From: Endomicrobiales bacterium
GTDB taxonomy: Bacteria; Elusimicrobiota; Endomicrobiia; Endomicrobiales; CAWCFT01
DNA: 64,000 nucleotides
Assembly (NCBI GenBank): GCA_963794945.1
Contig: CAWCFT010000002.1
Location: 117,581-181,580 of the forward strand
Reading direction: 5' to 3'
The position numbers and the translations under genes are program-made. Below the pieces are notes generated by a model. The model saw nothing but the letters and a program-made list of their open reading frames with translations, was not told where the DNA came from and searched no databases. Position 1 is the first letter of the stretch, and each line of letters opens with the position of its first letter. Shown piece after piece: positions 1-11,100 of this stretch.

Positions 1-927
1 AGCTCCTCGATGCCGCTAAATACCTCCATTCTCAAAGGGTCCCTTTTGCCGTCGCCCTGGTACCGGTCTATATCGATCCCGTCAATAAGATAGAACTCCA
101 TCTGACCGACAGGCCCGAGCTACTAGCTGCGCTGAGGGAAATACCGGAACTTGGAGGTTCTTTTGTCCTGCACGGATACACGCACCAGTACAAAGGTATA
201 AGCACGGAAGATTATGAGTTCTGGGACATATCGTCCGACAAACCCGTCGATGGGGATTCTATCGAGAACGCGTCCTTAAGGATCGACAAGGGCATCAAAG
301 AGTGCCTGCTGAACGGCATTTACCCTTTAGCCTGGGAAACGCCGCATTACGTCGCGTCTAACAACACGTTCCTCGCCGTAAAACAATATTTCAGTGTTAC
401 TTACGAAAGAAGGAACACAATGGAATACGCTGGCAGCGATCGAATTCTTCCCGTACCCGGTAACAGATATTTACGGCCAGCGGGTGATCCCTGAAGATCT
501 CGGTTACGTGCACGGGGACAAACCCGGCGCCGAAGATATTTTGGAAGGCGCGAAGCTCGACCTTGCCGTTCGCGACGGGTACGCCAGCTTTTTCTTCCAT
601 CCGTTCCTGAGCGCTGATTACCTGAAAACTATAGTAAAAGGGCTGAGAGCAATGGGGTACAAGTTCGGCGACATAAGGGATTTCTCGCCTGTTGTCGAAG
701 ACAGGGAGGCTGTGGTCCTGACACCGGGCGACCACCACATACGTATCCAGACGCACGACAACTGCATCACAATGAAGGAGATCGATTTCAAAGGGAACAT
801 ATTAAAAAACAGCGTTTTGCCTATCGCCAAAAACCCGTACGAAGCGAATATAGAGTGCCCGAGGTCCACTTATCTTGTGATCACGGGGCAGGGCGCAAAC
901 AACGGGAACAATATCTCACGTAACTAA
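1..927 (+). CDS. DUF2334-like polysaccharide deacetylase family protein, 5'-truncated by the window edge, apparent frameshift near 400-440
   Basis: Frame +3 from base 3 reads LLDAAKYLHSQRVPFAVALVPVYIDP...LHGYTHQY...DYEFWD...WETPHY; continues in ORF 394..927 (PEDLGYV...ASFFFHPFL...LRAMGYKF). Confidence 0.75.
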
Positions 928-948
928 TAATATAATAGGAGGAAACAT

Positions 949-1302
949 ATGAAAGACAATAGACCGCACTTGCAATTTACAGTATTTGCAACGCTTAGAT
1001 ACATCATCCTCGGTTCACTATTTCTGCCGCTGGTTCTAGCGGCCGGCTGCGCTACCATAGGCCGCGATTTTGCAACCGCCAGCGTGCCTACCATACAGAT
1101 AGGAAAAACCACGCAGAACGATATTCTGTCTACCTTCGGCTCGCCCTGGAGGACCGGCATAGAAGACGGCAAACAGGTATGGACTTACGGCAAATACCAC
1201 TACAGTGTATTTAAACAACCCAGCGCCCAGGACCTGGTTGTCAGGTTCGATAGCAAAGGTGTCGTATCTTCATATACTTACAGCACGACCGAACAAAAGT
1301 AA
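949..1302 (+). CDS. SmpA/OmlA (BamE-like) domain lipoprotein
   Basis: Lipobox LAAGC; IQIGKTTQNDILSTFGSP...WTY...LVVRFDSKGVV pattern; AGGAGG RBS. Confidence 0.75.
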   Translation: MKDNRPHLQFTVFATLRYIILGSLFLPLVLAAGCATIGRDFATASVPTIQIGKTTQNDILSTFGSPWRTGIEDGKQVWTYGKYHYSVFKQPSAQDLVVRFDSKGVVSSYTYSTTEQK

Positions 1303-1348
1303 TGCGCCGGATTTATAAAATGAAAAGAATTCACCAGGAGGATGTATC

Positions 1349-1894
1349 ATGAAAAAGATGTTAATGCTGTTGTTGTTCGGGTTATTGGCTGCGGGATGCG
1401 CGAAAAAGCAGATGGTCAAGTCGGACCAGAACTCAATGGTTGCTCCGGCAGCGCCTGCCCAAACCGCGAGCGCGCCCGCTGAAGAGCAGTCAAGCAGGTT
1501 CTCGGACTGGCAAAATGTTCCGGAACTGGCGGCTGTCTACTTTGATTACGACAAAAGCGAACTGCTCGCCTCTTCGCGCGAGATGTTGAAAAAGAACGCC
1601 GAATACTTAAAGGCTAACGAAAATCTCAAGGTCCTTATAGAAGGCCACTGCGACGAACGCGGCACGGTAGCGTACAATTTGGCCCTTGGAGACCGCCGCG
1701 CGGCCGCTGTGCGCGCGTATTACGCTTTGCTTGGAGTTCCCAAAGAACGCATCGCCATAATCTCTTACGGCAGCGAGAAACCCGCCGACCCCGGCCACAC
1801 AGAAGCAGCATGGCAAAAGAACAGGAGAGCCGAAACAAAAATCAGGGGCACGAAAGTAGCAAGCGCCTCTTCCGATGATACGCAAAAGCAGTAA
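1349..1894 (+). CDS. pal: Peptidoglycan-associated lipoprotein, copy 1
   Basis: Lipobox LAAGC; VYFDYDKS, IEGHCDERGT, YNLALGDRRA, ISYGSEKP, KNRRAE motifs. Confidence 0.9.
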   Translation: MKKMLMLLLFGLLAAGCAKKQMVKSDQNSMVAPAAPAQTASAPAEEQSSRFSDWQNVPELAAVYFDYDKSELLASSREMLKKNAEYLKANENLKVLIEGHCDERGTVAYNLALGDRRAAAVRAYYALLGVPKERIAIISYGSEKPADPGHTEAAWQKNRRAETKIRGTKVASASSDDTQKQ

Positions 1895-1943
1895 GATCCG
1901 TTAAATACTAAATTTTCCGGGCTTAAATGGAGGGCGATGTGTT

Positions 1944-2468
1944 ATGATCAAGAAGATATTCCTGCTGTTGATGTTTGGAATTATGGTTGTTGGATGCGCC
2001 AAGAGGCAAACAGTTAAACCTGTTGAAAGCGCGCCGCCTGCCGCCCAGGAACCGATAAGCGCAGGGCAGTCGAGCAGGCACACGGACTGGCAAAGCGCGC
2101 AGGAACTGGCAACGGTCTATTTTGACTACGACAAAAGCAGCCTGCTGTCCGACGCTCGCAAAACGCTGAAAACGAACGCGCAGTATTTAAAGGCGCATAC
2201 CGACCTCAATGTCCTGGTGGAAGGGAACTGCGACGAGCGCGGCACTATTGAATACAATTTAGCTTTGGGTGACCGGCGCGCTTCCACCGTGCTTAAATAT
2301 TACACTAAACTGGGCATATCGAAAAAACGTATCGCCGTGATATCTTACGGGAAAGAAAAACCCGTTGACCCGGGGCACGATGAAGCGGCCTGGCAAAAGA
2401 ACAGAAGGGTCGAAACAAAGGTCAGGAACGCTAACGTCGAAAACAGCATTCCTGTCGAGACGCACTGA
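1944..2468 (+). CDS. pal: Peptidoglycan-associated lipoprotein, copy 2
   Basis: Lipobox VVGC; VYFDYDKS, VEGNCDERGTIEYNLALGDRRA, ISYGKEKP, KNRRVE motifs. Confidence 0.9.
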   Translation: MIKKIFLLLMFGIMVVGCAKRQTVKPVESAPPAAQEPISAGQSSRHTDWQSAQELATVYFDYDKSSLLSDARKTLKTNAQYLKAHTDLNVLVEGNCDERGTIEYNLALGDRRASTVLKYYTKLGISKKRIAVISYGKEKPVDPGHDEAAWQKNRRVETKVRNANVENSIPVETH

Positions 2469-2527
2469 TAACCCGCCGCCACGGTTTAGTTTGGCGGGCG
2501 GACGAATAACAACACTGTGAGGTTAAC

Positions 2528-3211
2528 ATGAACAAATTCATTACACGCTTTAGTTTACTTATGATGCCGCTGCTTTTATTGGGATGCGCAAGCCTTTCCA
2601 ACAACTCCGGACAACTGACCCAGCTTCAAAAAGAAAACGCCGACCTGAAAGCCGAGAACCAATCACTGAAGACAGGCGTTGAAGAAAGCGCCCGGCAGTC
2701 AAAGGCGCAGCTTGACGCGCTATCCGATATGTTCCAAACCGAGATCAAGCATGGAGAACTTACCGTAACGCAGTATAAGAATATACTTAAGGTAGAGGTA
2801 GCGGAAAGGATATTCTTTAAACCGGGGAGCACAAAATTGAAAGACAGCGGGAAAGAAGTGCTTAAGAAACTTGGCGAAACAATTAATGCCATGCCCGATA
2901 CCGTCGCGCGCGTTATAGCCCGCACCGACAATGTGCCTCTGAAGGCGAGACAGCAAACCCTTATGGCCAACAACTGGGACCTGTCTGCCTTACGCGCGGC
3001 GGCAGTTGCCAAGTACCTTCAGGAAGCCGGCGTAAATGATGACAGGCTTGTCGCTATAGGCCGCGGGGAGAATGACCCCATCGCTTTAAACGACACCGAG
3101 CCCGGCCGCAAGCAGAACAGGCGCATCGAAATAGGTATTGTCAGCAGGGAGATAGAAACCGGGCTGGGCGAGATCGAAAGCGCGAAATCTACCGATCAAC
3201 ACCCTCAGTGA
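2528..3211 (+). CDS. OmpA/MotB-family lipoprotein with coiled coil
   Basis: Lipobox LLGC; coiled coil; FKPGS, RTDNVP, NWDLSALRAAAV, GRKQNRRIEI. Confidence 0.85.
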   Translation: MNKFITRFSLLMMPLLLLGCASLSNNSGQLTQLQKENADLKAENQSLKTGVEESARQSKAQLDALSDMFQTEIKHGELTVTQYKNILKVEVAERIFFKPGSTKLKDSGKEVLKKLGETINAMPDTVARVIARTDNVPLKARQQTLMANNWDLSALRAAAVAKYLQEAGVNDDRLVAIGRGENDPIALNDTEPGRKQNRRIEIGIVSREIETGLGEIESAKSTDQHPQ

Positions 3212-3253
3212 TCTAAGGCGGGCCCGATAATCTTTTAATTCCGGGGCGATCAT

Positions 3254-3775
3254 ATGAACTATTCCATTATGCAGTCGGATGAGTCAAACAGGTTTAAAAT
3301 AACAGGTTCGCGCACATTGAAGTTAGCCGGTTGCGTGTTATCATGCCTGGCCGCTGGGCTTATCGGCTCGATATACGTGCAGATGTCGGTTAACACCTGG
3401 TATAAAGCCCTTGCCAAACCCTGGTTCAATCCGCCCGCAAGTGTTTTTGCGCCGGTTTGGACTATCCTGTTCGTCCTCATGGGCATCTCCGTTTTTATTG
3501 TGTGGGACCGCAAAACAACATACAAAAAAAGCGAAGCGCTGCTTGTGTTTTACATTCAGCTGGCCGCCAATATCTGCTGGTCTATCGCTTTCTTCGGCAT
3601 ATGTTCCACGCTGGGAGGGCTTATAATGATAATATACCTTCTCGCTTCGATATTGTGGACGATACACAAATTTTATGCGCTATCAAAAACAGCGGCGTTC
3701 CTTCTTGTGCCTTACCTGCTATGGGTGTGTTTCGCCGCTATACTCAACATAAGTATTTACTACTTGAACTTATAG
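3254..3775 (+). CDS. tspO: TspO/MBR tryptophan-rich sensory protein
   Basis: WYKALAKPWFNPPASVFAPVWTILF and AAFLLVPYLLWVCFAAILN signatures. Confidence 0.92.
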   Translation: MNYSIMQSDESNRFKITGSRTLKLAGCVLSCLAAGLIGSIYVQMSVNTWYKALAKPWFNPPASVFAPVWTILFVLMGISVFIVWDRKTTYKKSEALLVFYIQLAANICWSIAFFGICSTLGGLIMIIYLLASILWTIHKFYALSKTAAFLLVPYLLWVCFAAILNISIYYLNL

Positions 3776-3835
3776 TTGTTTAAATTAGCTCTTTGTGGTC
3801 TACCCTAAAGGGTAAAATTAATTAAACTAGAGGTT

Positions 3836-4003
3836 TGTCATACCCGAGTTTTTCTGTCGGGTATCCATTTCCAAATATGATTCTTATATGTCGTCAATAT
3901 ACCCTCAAGGGTATTTCCTGATGATAAAAGTCAATTGTTGGTCATCTAAGGCATTAATATTGATTTGGTTCTGGATTGCCGATAGAGAATTTCGGCAATG
4001 ACA
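3836..4003. repeat. TGTCAT...ATGACA-bounded palindromic (REP/MITE-like) element
   Basis: Left arm tgtcatacccgagtttttctgtcgggtatcca and right arm tggattgccgatagagaatttcggcaatgaca are imperfect inverted copies, each with an internal hairpin. Confidence 0.65.
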
Positions 4004-4105
4004 ACCTGCCTTGAATTTCAAATTTAAAATACAGTTTCCGTAATTTAATGCTATCCAGATCAGAACACGTTTGACTTGAACTAACGCGAGGTTAATTTAA
4101 CTATC

Positions 4106-5446
4106 ATGCCAAGAAAACACATCACGGAAAGCTTTCTGATATTCGTCAGTATTTTTAAATGGCTCGTGCTCGCCATAGGAACAGGTGTGCTTGTCGGCGC
4201 TTCAACGGCGCTGTTCCTTAAGACTCTCGATTGGAGCATTCACTTCGCTTCCGGATACACTTATTACTTTTTACTGCTCCCGCTGGCTTTCCTCTTGTGC
4301 GCGGTGCTGGTCAACTACCTCGCGCCGGACGCCAAAGGGCACGGCACCGAAAAAGTCATAGAAGCCGTCCACAAACACACCGGGCGGATAAAACCCATAG
4401 TCGTGCCGATAAAGTTCATCGCAACGGTTATCACCATCGCTCTTGGCGGCTCCGCCGGAAAAGAAGGCCCATCGGCGCAGATAGGCGCCGGCACAGCGTC
4501 CATATTGGCCGATCTGCTCCGGTTAAATGATAATGAAAGAAAAAAGCTGGTCATCTGCGGCATCAGCGCCGGGTTCGCGTCCGTTTTCGGCACGCCCATC
4601 GCGGGCGCTATTTTCGGCGTTGAAGTGCTTTTCGCGGGCAGGCTTTTGTACGATGTGCTTCTGCCGTCGTTCATCGCGGGGCTGGTAAGCTATCAGATGA
4701 CATCACATCTTGGGGTTACTTACTTTTATCATCCCATCAACTTTGTTCCCGTGTTCAGCAGGGCGTTCTTTATCGACGTTATAATCGGCGGGATATTGTT
4801 CGGCATATGCGCGATAATCTTTATAGAGATAGTGAAGGCGATAGAAAAATATTCGGATAAGCTCAGCCCGAACAAGCTCATTAAGGCCGTTCTCGGCGGG
4901 ACAATACTTGTCATCCTCGCGTTCGTTTTCTCAAAAGAATACCTGGGGCTCGGCCTGGACGGCATAAAAAGCATGCTGGAAGGCAACGGAACGCATTGGT
5001 ATTCATTTATACTTAAGCCTGTGTTCACCGGCGTGACACTCGGTTTTGGCGGCAGCGGAGGAATGATAACACCGGTACTGTTCACGGGTGCGGCCTCGGG
5101 CACGCTTGTGGCATCACTCCTGCACCTCGATACCGCCACCTTCGCCGCCATCGGGCTTGTAAGCGTTCTGGCGGGCGCCACCAACACGCCAATAGCCTCA
5201 AGCATTATGGCGATAGAGCTCTTCGGCCCGCTCATCGCGCCGTACGCCGCCATGTCCTGCGTTATCAGCTACTTTATGACGGGCCACAGGAGCGTGTACC
5301 CGTCGCAGGTATTTATAATTAAAAAATCGCAATTCATCAATTTCGACGCCGGCACTGAAGTCGGCGAGATAAAGACAGAGATATCCCAGAACAGCAGGGT
5401 TGTCAGGTTTTTGAACTACATAGCCGAAAAACTGCATATCAAATAA
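4106..5446 (+). CDS. CLC/EriC family chloride channel or anion/H+ antiporter
   Basis: GGSAGKEGPSAQIG, CGISAGFASVFGTPIAGAIFGVEV, GATNTPIAS motifs; many TM helices. Confidence 0.92.
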   Translation: MPRKHITESFLIFVSIFKWLVLAIGTGVLVGASTALFLKTLDWSIHFASGYTYYFLLLPLAFLLCAVLVNYLAPDAKGHGTEKVIEAVHKHTGRIKPIVVPIKFIATVITIALGGSAGKEGPSAQIGAGTASILADLLRLNDNERKKLVICGISAGFASVFGTPIAGAIFGVEVLFAGRLLYDVLLPSFIAGLVSYQMTSHLGVTYFYHPINFVPVFSRAFFIDVIIGGILFGICAIIFIEIVKAIEKYSDKLSPNKLIKAVLGGTILVILAFVFSKEYLGLGLDGIKSMLEGNGTHWYSFILKPVFTGVTLGFGGSGGMITPVLFTGAASGTLVASLLHLDTATFAAIGLVSVLAGATNTPIASSIMAIELFGPLIAPYAAMSCVISYFMTGHRSVYPSQVFIIKKSQFINFDAGTEVGEIKTEISQNSRVVRFLNYIAEKLHIK

Positions 5447-5478
5447 TAGTAAGGCAAAGGCCAAAAGTGGAGGGTGTC

Positions 5479-5727
5479 ATGCTTAAGTTAAACGCAAAGG
5501 CATTGGGGCTGTCGTTAGGTATCGTTTGGGGGGCGGCGATGTTGATACTGGGGCTGGTAAATATGCACAGCATGTTCGGCAGCGGAATAATGCACGGAAT
5601 GTCAACGCTGTACATAGGCTACAAACCCACGATACCGGGCAGCATAATAGGCGGAATATGGGGCTTATTCGACGCAGGCATAGGCGGAGTTATCATTGCC
5701 TGGCTTTATAATATGTTCTCTAAATAG
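5479..5727 (+). CDS. Small 2-TM membrane protein (holin-like family)
   Basis: LNAKALGLSLGIVWG...LYIGY...GSIIGGIWGLFDAGIGG...AWLYN; GGAGGG RBS before ATG 5479. Confidence 0.6.
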   Translation: MLKLNAKALGLSLGIVWGAAMLILGLVNMHSMFGSGIMHGMSTLYIGYKPTIPGSIIGGIWGLFDAGIGGVIIAWLYNMFSK

Positions 5728-5991
5728 CGGATCCTGTATACCTAATATATTAGCGGCATGGACGGCTTGTTTATGACAAGGAGGAGAACATGCTTCCCGC
5801 GCATCTCCATAGCTGGATAATCTTAGCTTTAATTGTAATATGCGTCATCGCTGAAATATTCCACCGCTATCAAAAATAATACCTTCACTTGAATATTCTA
5901 AAATAAATTTATAGAATCTCGTTATCATGGCATTTGCATTAACTGGGAGAGAAATGCTGCCTAAACTGTAAACCATATTGCGCCCCCGTGC

Positions 5992-6031
5992 GGCCGTGCC
6001 CGCCGGAGAGGCGGGTGTGGTTTTTTTGTTT
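5992..6031 (+). terminator. Intrinsic terminator-like hairpin upstream of the ParB-like gene
   Basis: gccgtgcccgcc-ggaga-ggcgggtgtggt followed by a T tract. Confidence 0.55.
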
Positions 6032-6070
6032 CCCAAAATGTATCTTTGAGATTTGTAAGCCGTTTAAGCA

Positions 6071-6146
6071 CCCCTCTTTTGTATAAAGAGGGGCTGGGGG
6101 AGGGTATAACTCCCCTTGCGTCCCCTCTTCGTGAATGAAGAGGGGA
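6071..6146. repeat. Pair of CCCCTCTT...AAGAGGGG palindromes (REP-like)
   Basis: cccctcttttgtataaagagggg and tcccctcttcgtgaatgaagagggga; a related copy lies near 13358-13389. Confidence 0.6.
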
Positions 6147-6178
6147 AACAACTAGAACTTATATTAAGCGGAGGACTT

Positions 6179-7795
6179 ATGATCAGCCTTACCAAGTACC
6201 AGATGCAGGATGTGGAGCTCTCGCAAATTGACGGGGAAGACAGGCAGTTCCAGTGCAGGCAGGTCAGCGACGCCGATGTCAAGGCAATGGCTGAAACGCT
6301 TAAAAAAGAGAAACAGAAGGTTCCGATTTACCTGCTGCGGCGAAAGAACGGCAAACAGCAAATATTATGCGGGTTTACCAGGTACCTCGCGGCAAAGCTG
6401 CTGGGCTGGGCAACAATAGTTGCCATAATGATCCCTGAAGAAGACTTTGAGAACGAAAATGAGATATACAAGTTTGGCGTAATAGAGAACGGCAAGCGCA
6501 AGCCGTTAAGTAATGTGGATAAGGGCAATATTTGCAAAAGCATGAGCGCAAAGGCCATGAACAACGTAGAAATTGGGGAATGTTTAGGAATAAGCGAAAA
6601 ACAGGTGCGCAGGTATTTAAAGATAGCCAATGCCCCGGCTGAAGTGCAAAAAGGCATGAGCGACAATAGTGTTCCGCTCAGGGCAATAGACAATATAGAC
6701 CCGGCAACCGGCCAGCTCGGCACGCGTGCCGAGCAAATTGTGGATAACCCCAACTGCTATGTAAAACCAGTTAAAAGTGGGTTTAAGGCTGTGCTGAACT
6801 ACCGCGAAGGCAAGGATAAGGATGATGTAGTGAAGAGTTTCAAGGCCAAAATAGACGCGGAACTTGCGAAATTGCAGAAGGCGCGGGCAGAGGCCGACAA
6901 AGAGGCAGCCCAAAAGGCAGCTGAAGCCGATAAGAAGGCCAACGAGGCCAGGGCAACCAAGCTTGCCGAAGATATTAAGGTTCTTGAAAGCGCCGCCAAG
7001 ACCATGGAGAAAGACAAGCAGGATTCGTCCGCTATAAGGCAGCAAATAGAAAACAAAAAGGCCGAGCTAAAGGCGCTGAAGGCTCGCCCCGTTAGAAATA
7101 CATCAACAATAGTGCCCGGTAAAAGTAATGAAGGCCCGGCTGACCAAGGGCAGCCTATCTCTAACGGGGCAAGCGCCAAGCCGAACAAGAACCCCAGCCC
7201 GGAGCAGTTGGCACAGCTAAAGAAATTCAAAGAGGGCGGCCAGGCCGCGGTGGAAGCCGGGCTTGAAGCCCAGCTTGCCCAAATGAAGTTGGGCCTGAAC
7301 AGCCCCAATATAACCGACGCCCAAAAAGCCGGCCTAAACATGTCCATCCAAATGCTCCAGTCCCAGCTAGACGCGCTAAAGAAAGGCAACCATCCCCAGC
7401 CTGGCAACAATACCCCACAAACTCCTTCGCCCCATGTTCGGGGTGAGACCCTGGGCCTTGAGGGTCAGCCAAACGGACCCGAAAAGGAAGAAGGTGGGCC
7501 CGCCTCTTCGGCAGGCATGGATGAGGGGGATACCGTTCAATCTGGTCAAAGGGCAGGTGAGCCTGTCCGCCAAAGTCCCAGTGGCGGAGGAGGTGTGCCT
7601 GCCGCTGAACAAAACACCGGCGGCCACACCACCCACGTCTTTGGCGATTTCAGCAAACTTGAAGCCAGGATAGCAGAACTCGAAAAAGAATCCGTAGACC
7701 CCGCAAAAACCGACGAGGAACGCTCCGCCAAGAAAGCCGAGCTCGAAGAATCCAAAGCAAGCCTAGCAGACATCAAGAAATTCTTGGGTTCTTGA
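6179..7795 (+). CDS. Orphan ParB/Spo0J-like protein (ParB N-domain + HTH) with long coiled-coil/disordered tail
   Basis: ILCGFTRYLAAKLLG (GxxR box), IENGKRKPLS, HTH NNVEIGECLGISEKQVRRYLK; GGAGG RBS; tail rich in A/K/E then G/P/Q. Confidence 0.8.
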   Translation: MISLTKYQMQDVELSQIDGEDRQFQCRQVSDADVKAMAETLKKEKQKVPIYLLRRKNGKQQILCGFTRYLAAKLLGWATIVAIMIPEEDFENENEIYKFGVIENGKRKPLSNVDKGNICKSMSAKAMNNVEIGECLGISEKQVRRYLKIANAPAEVQKGMSDNSVPLRAIDNIDPATGQLGTRAEQIVDNPNCYVKPVKSGFKAVLNYREGKDKDDVVKSFKAKIDAELAKLQKARAEADKEAAQKAAEADKKANEARATKLAEDIKVLESAAKTMEKDKQDSSAIRQQIENKKAELKALKARPVRNTSTIVPGKSNEGPADQGQPISNGASAKPNKNPSPEQLAQLKKFKEGGQAAVEAGLEAQLAQMKLGLNSPNITDAQKAGLNMSIQMLQSQLDALKKGNHPQPGNNTPQTPSPHVRGETLGLEGQPNGPEKEEGGPASSAGMDEGDTVQSGQRAGEPVRQSPSGGGGVPAAEQNTGGHTTHVFGDFSKLEARIAELEKESVDPAKTDEERSAKKAELEESKASLADIKKFLGS

Positions 7796-7933
7796 TCCAC
7801 CATTGTTCCAGAGAATTGGGCTCTTTCGAAATTAGAAATTGTTTCATGGCATTGTGCCTTGCAAACATAGAATTAAAGAGGTAAGATTTTCATAATGTGA
7901 GTCTGAATATTCATATTGAGCAAACAGAAATAA

Positions 7934-7961
7934 TTAGTTCAATAAGTAAAGCCTGACACCA
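7934..7961 (+). repeat. 28-bp inverted repeat, left copy (partner 12632-12659)
   Basis: ttagttcaataagtaaagcctgacacca matches the reverse complement of 12632-12659 at 26/28. Confidence 0.75.
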
Positions 7962-8133
7962 TTTTCTCTACAAACAAACTGGCAATGCCTTATTGCCAAA
8001 TACGTGAGAAAATATATTTTTAAATAGTTTGTAATCCTGGTAAATATAAATGCTATTATGGTATTTAGACAAGGGTGTCCTATAAAGGATTCCATGTCTT
8101 TTTTTATATAACAGTTTATTTTACAATAAGCCT

Positions 8134-11100
8134 ATGAAAAGAAAAGTGGTCCCTATCGTAGGAGTAGGAGCATCAGCTGGCGGGCTTGAGGCCCTGACGG
8201 AATTTGTCAGCAACATTCCGCAGAATATCAACATGGCCTTTGTGATCGTCCAGCATCTTGAGCCTAAACACGCTAGCCTGATGGCCGATATACTCTCAAG
8301 GCACACAAAGCTCTGCGTTGCGCAGGTAAAAAATAAAACAGGCGTAGAAGCAAACCATATCTACGTTATCCCTCCAAACGCGAACCTCAGCATTTCAGAG
8401 AGCAAATTATACGTCACAAAACGCGACAAAAAATTCTCGCTCAAACACCAGCCTATCAATCATTTTCTTGTCTCTCTGGCCGGCTCGGCAAAGAGAAATT
8501 CCATAGGCATAATCCTTTCGGGCACGGGAACGGACGGTTCTGAAGGCATAAAGGCCGTCAAAGCAGCAGGCGGGCTCACTTTCGCGCAGGACGAGGCAAC
8601 GGCCAAATATTTTTCGATGCCTTATGCTTCCATCAGAACAGGGCTCGTGGATTTTGTGCTTTCGCCTAAAGATATGGCGAGGAAACTCGCAAATAATTAC
8701 CCCTCAAAGCGCCCGGGAAAGGAACCGGCCGCGTCTTCCGAAGAAAGCCTTTCCAGCCCGCTGGAAAATATTTTCAGCCTTCTTAAAACCAGCCTGGGGG
8801 TTGATTTTACCCATTACAGAAGAACCACTATACTGCGCAGGATAGATAGGCGCATTTCGTTCAATAAGCTCAAAGGCTTCGGCGATTATTACAGGTTCCT
8901 TAAAAGTAATCCTTCCGAACTCAACGCGCTGTATGAAAACCTGCTTATTTCCGTAACCACATTTTTCCGAGACCCGCCTTCTTTTGAGGTGTTAAAACGG
9001 AAGATATTGCCGGCCCTGCTGAAGGCGAAACCTGCCGGAGAGCCGGTAAGAATTTGGGTGCCGGGTTGTTCAGCCGGGCAGGAAGTCTATTCGATCGCGA
9101 TCACTATTTTTGACTACCTGGAAAGAACGGGCGGCAAAGCCGCCGTTCAGGTTTTCGGCACAGACTTAAACGATACCCTTATAAGCATGGCGCGTTCCGG
9201 CGTGTATCCAAAAAGGTATGTAAATGATGTCCCGCGTTATTATCTCGACAAATATTTTGTAAAAGCAGGGGAAGACAATTACAGGATACACAAAAATATA
9301 CGCGATATGTGCATTTTCGCGAGGCACAACGTAGTTAAAAACCGCCGGCTTTCAAAAATGGACATCATAAGTTTCAGGAACGTGATGATATACCTGGAAC
9401 CACTTCTGCAGAAAAAAGTCGCGGACATGCTTTATTACGCGCTCAATAAGTCAGGGTATCTTATCCTGAGCGCGTCTGAATCGCTCGGCGCGTACCCGCA
9501 CATGTTCAGCATACTGGAAAAAAAACATAGGATATACACCAAGATCGAGACAAAGAACCGCGTACCGCTCAATTTTGAAACGCCTTTTGTAAAACAGGAG
9601 CAAACTAAAAATAACTTTATACTGAACAGGCCCGCGACAACCGCGCCTGATTTTGACCGCGAAGTGGATAATGTTTTCATTTCAAGGTCCAAGCAGGGGG
9701 GGTCCTGTTTAACGAAGCGCTGGACATAGTGCAGTTCCGCGGCGACACCACGCCTTATGTTCAGGCAAGCCCGGGCAAAGCGAGCCTGAACATCATGAAC
9801 CTGATCCACGAAGACCTTAAGGCGGGCCTTTACGAAGCCATACAGCAGGTTAAAAAAACAGGGCTCCCTTTAAAGAACAATAACGTGCGGTTCAGGCTGC
9901 AGGACAAATACCGCCTGGCGAGCTTTGAGGTGATACCTGTAGTCATAGACAAAGAGAATTATTTTCTCGCGCTTTTTGAAGAAACAGCCGCGGCCCCGCA
10001 AAAAACCAATGCGCAGGAACGCAGGCCTGAACCAAAACAGGCTATAAAAGAAGCCTCCGGGTTAAGGCAGGAACTGTTTTCAACAAAAAAATTCCTGCAA
10101 TCAGTTATTCTTGAAAAAGAGAACAGCAACGAAGAGCTGAAATCCGCGATGGAAGAACTGCAGTCCGGCAACGAGGAACTGCAGAGCATGAACGAGGAAA
10201 TAGAGACCGCCAAGGAAGAGCTGGAGTCCTCCAACGAAGAGCTGGTCACGCTCAACGATGAACTGCAAAACAGGAACCTGGAACTTATCCAGGCCAATTC
10301 CGACCTCAATAACCTTATTACAAGCACTAATATTCCAATTATCATCGTAGACGGCAAGCTGAAGATAAGGCGCATAACGCCGCTTTTGAAAAACCTGATG
10401 CACGTTGTTCCCGGGGACATCGGCAGGCCCATTTCGGAGATCAAGCTCAAAGCCGACATACCGGGTTTTGACGGGTTGATCAAAAGAGCTGTCAATAAAG
10501 CAAGTACCGTTGAACGAGAAGTGGAAGACGCGAACGGCAATTTTTACTCTATGCGGGTAAAGCCGTACCTTACGCAGGAAAACAAGAATGACGGCGCGGT
10601 GATCGCTTTTATAGATATTAATCAACTCAAGCGTATACAGAAAATACTGGAAGCCGCGCGCAGTTATAACCTGAACATAATCGAGACCATGAACGAATCG
10701 CTGCTGATCCTTGACGATAAGCTGCGCATAGTATCCGCGAATAAACATTTTTACAAGGCGTTCGAGCTTACGCCGGCCGAAGTAAAGAATAATTTTATTT
10801 ACAAGATAAAGGGCAACGGCTGGAATATTCCAGAGTTAAGAAGCCTGCTGGAAAAGATATTGCCCGCGAAGACTCATTTTGAAAATTATGAAATTATTTT
10901 CAAGCCCTTGAAAATAGAGTCAAGGGTCCTGAGGCTGAACGCCCGGAAGATCTACGACCCGTCCAAAAAAGCAAATTTAATCCTGCTTGCCATACTTGAT
11001 ATAACCAAAAGTTATTTTGCCGAGAAGAGATTGGCCGCCTCCGAACGAAAATACAGGGAGTTGTTCGAGTCAACCGTTGACGGCATCGTTAAGACCGATC

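Noticed and set aside
4004..4105. Fluoride riboswitch and a fluoride-specific CLC call
   Set aside because: No GGCGATGG...GCTGATGAC pattern, and the protein has GKEGP rather than GREGT.
5935..6010. ZTP riboswitch
   Set aside because: Only partial resemblance; the GACUGGCG/CGCC pseudoknot pairing is absent.
5479..7795. Prophage or plasmid (holin-like gene next to ParB)
   Set aside because: No integrase, endolysin, structural, rep or parA genes nearby.
9690..9730. Phase variation or programmed frameshift at the G7 run in cheBR
   Set aside because: Cannot be distinguished from the many other probable indel errors without reads.
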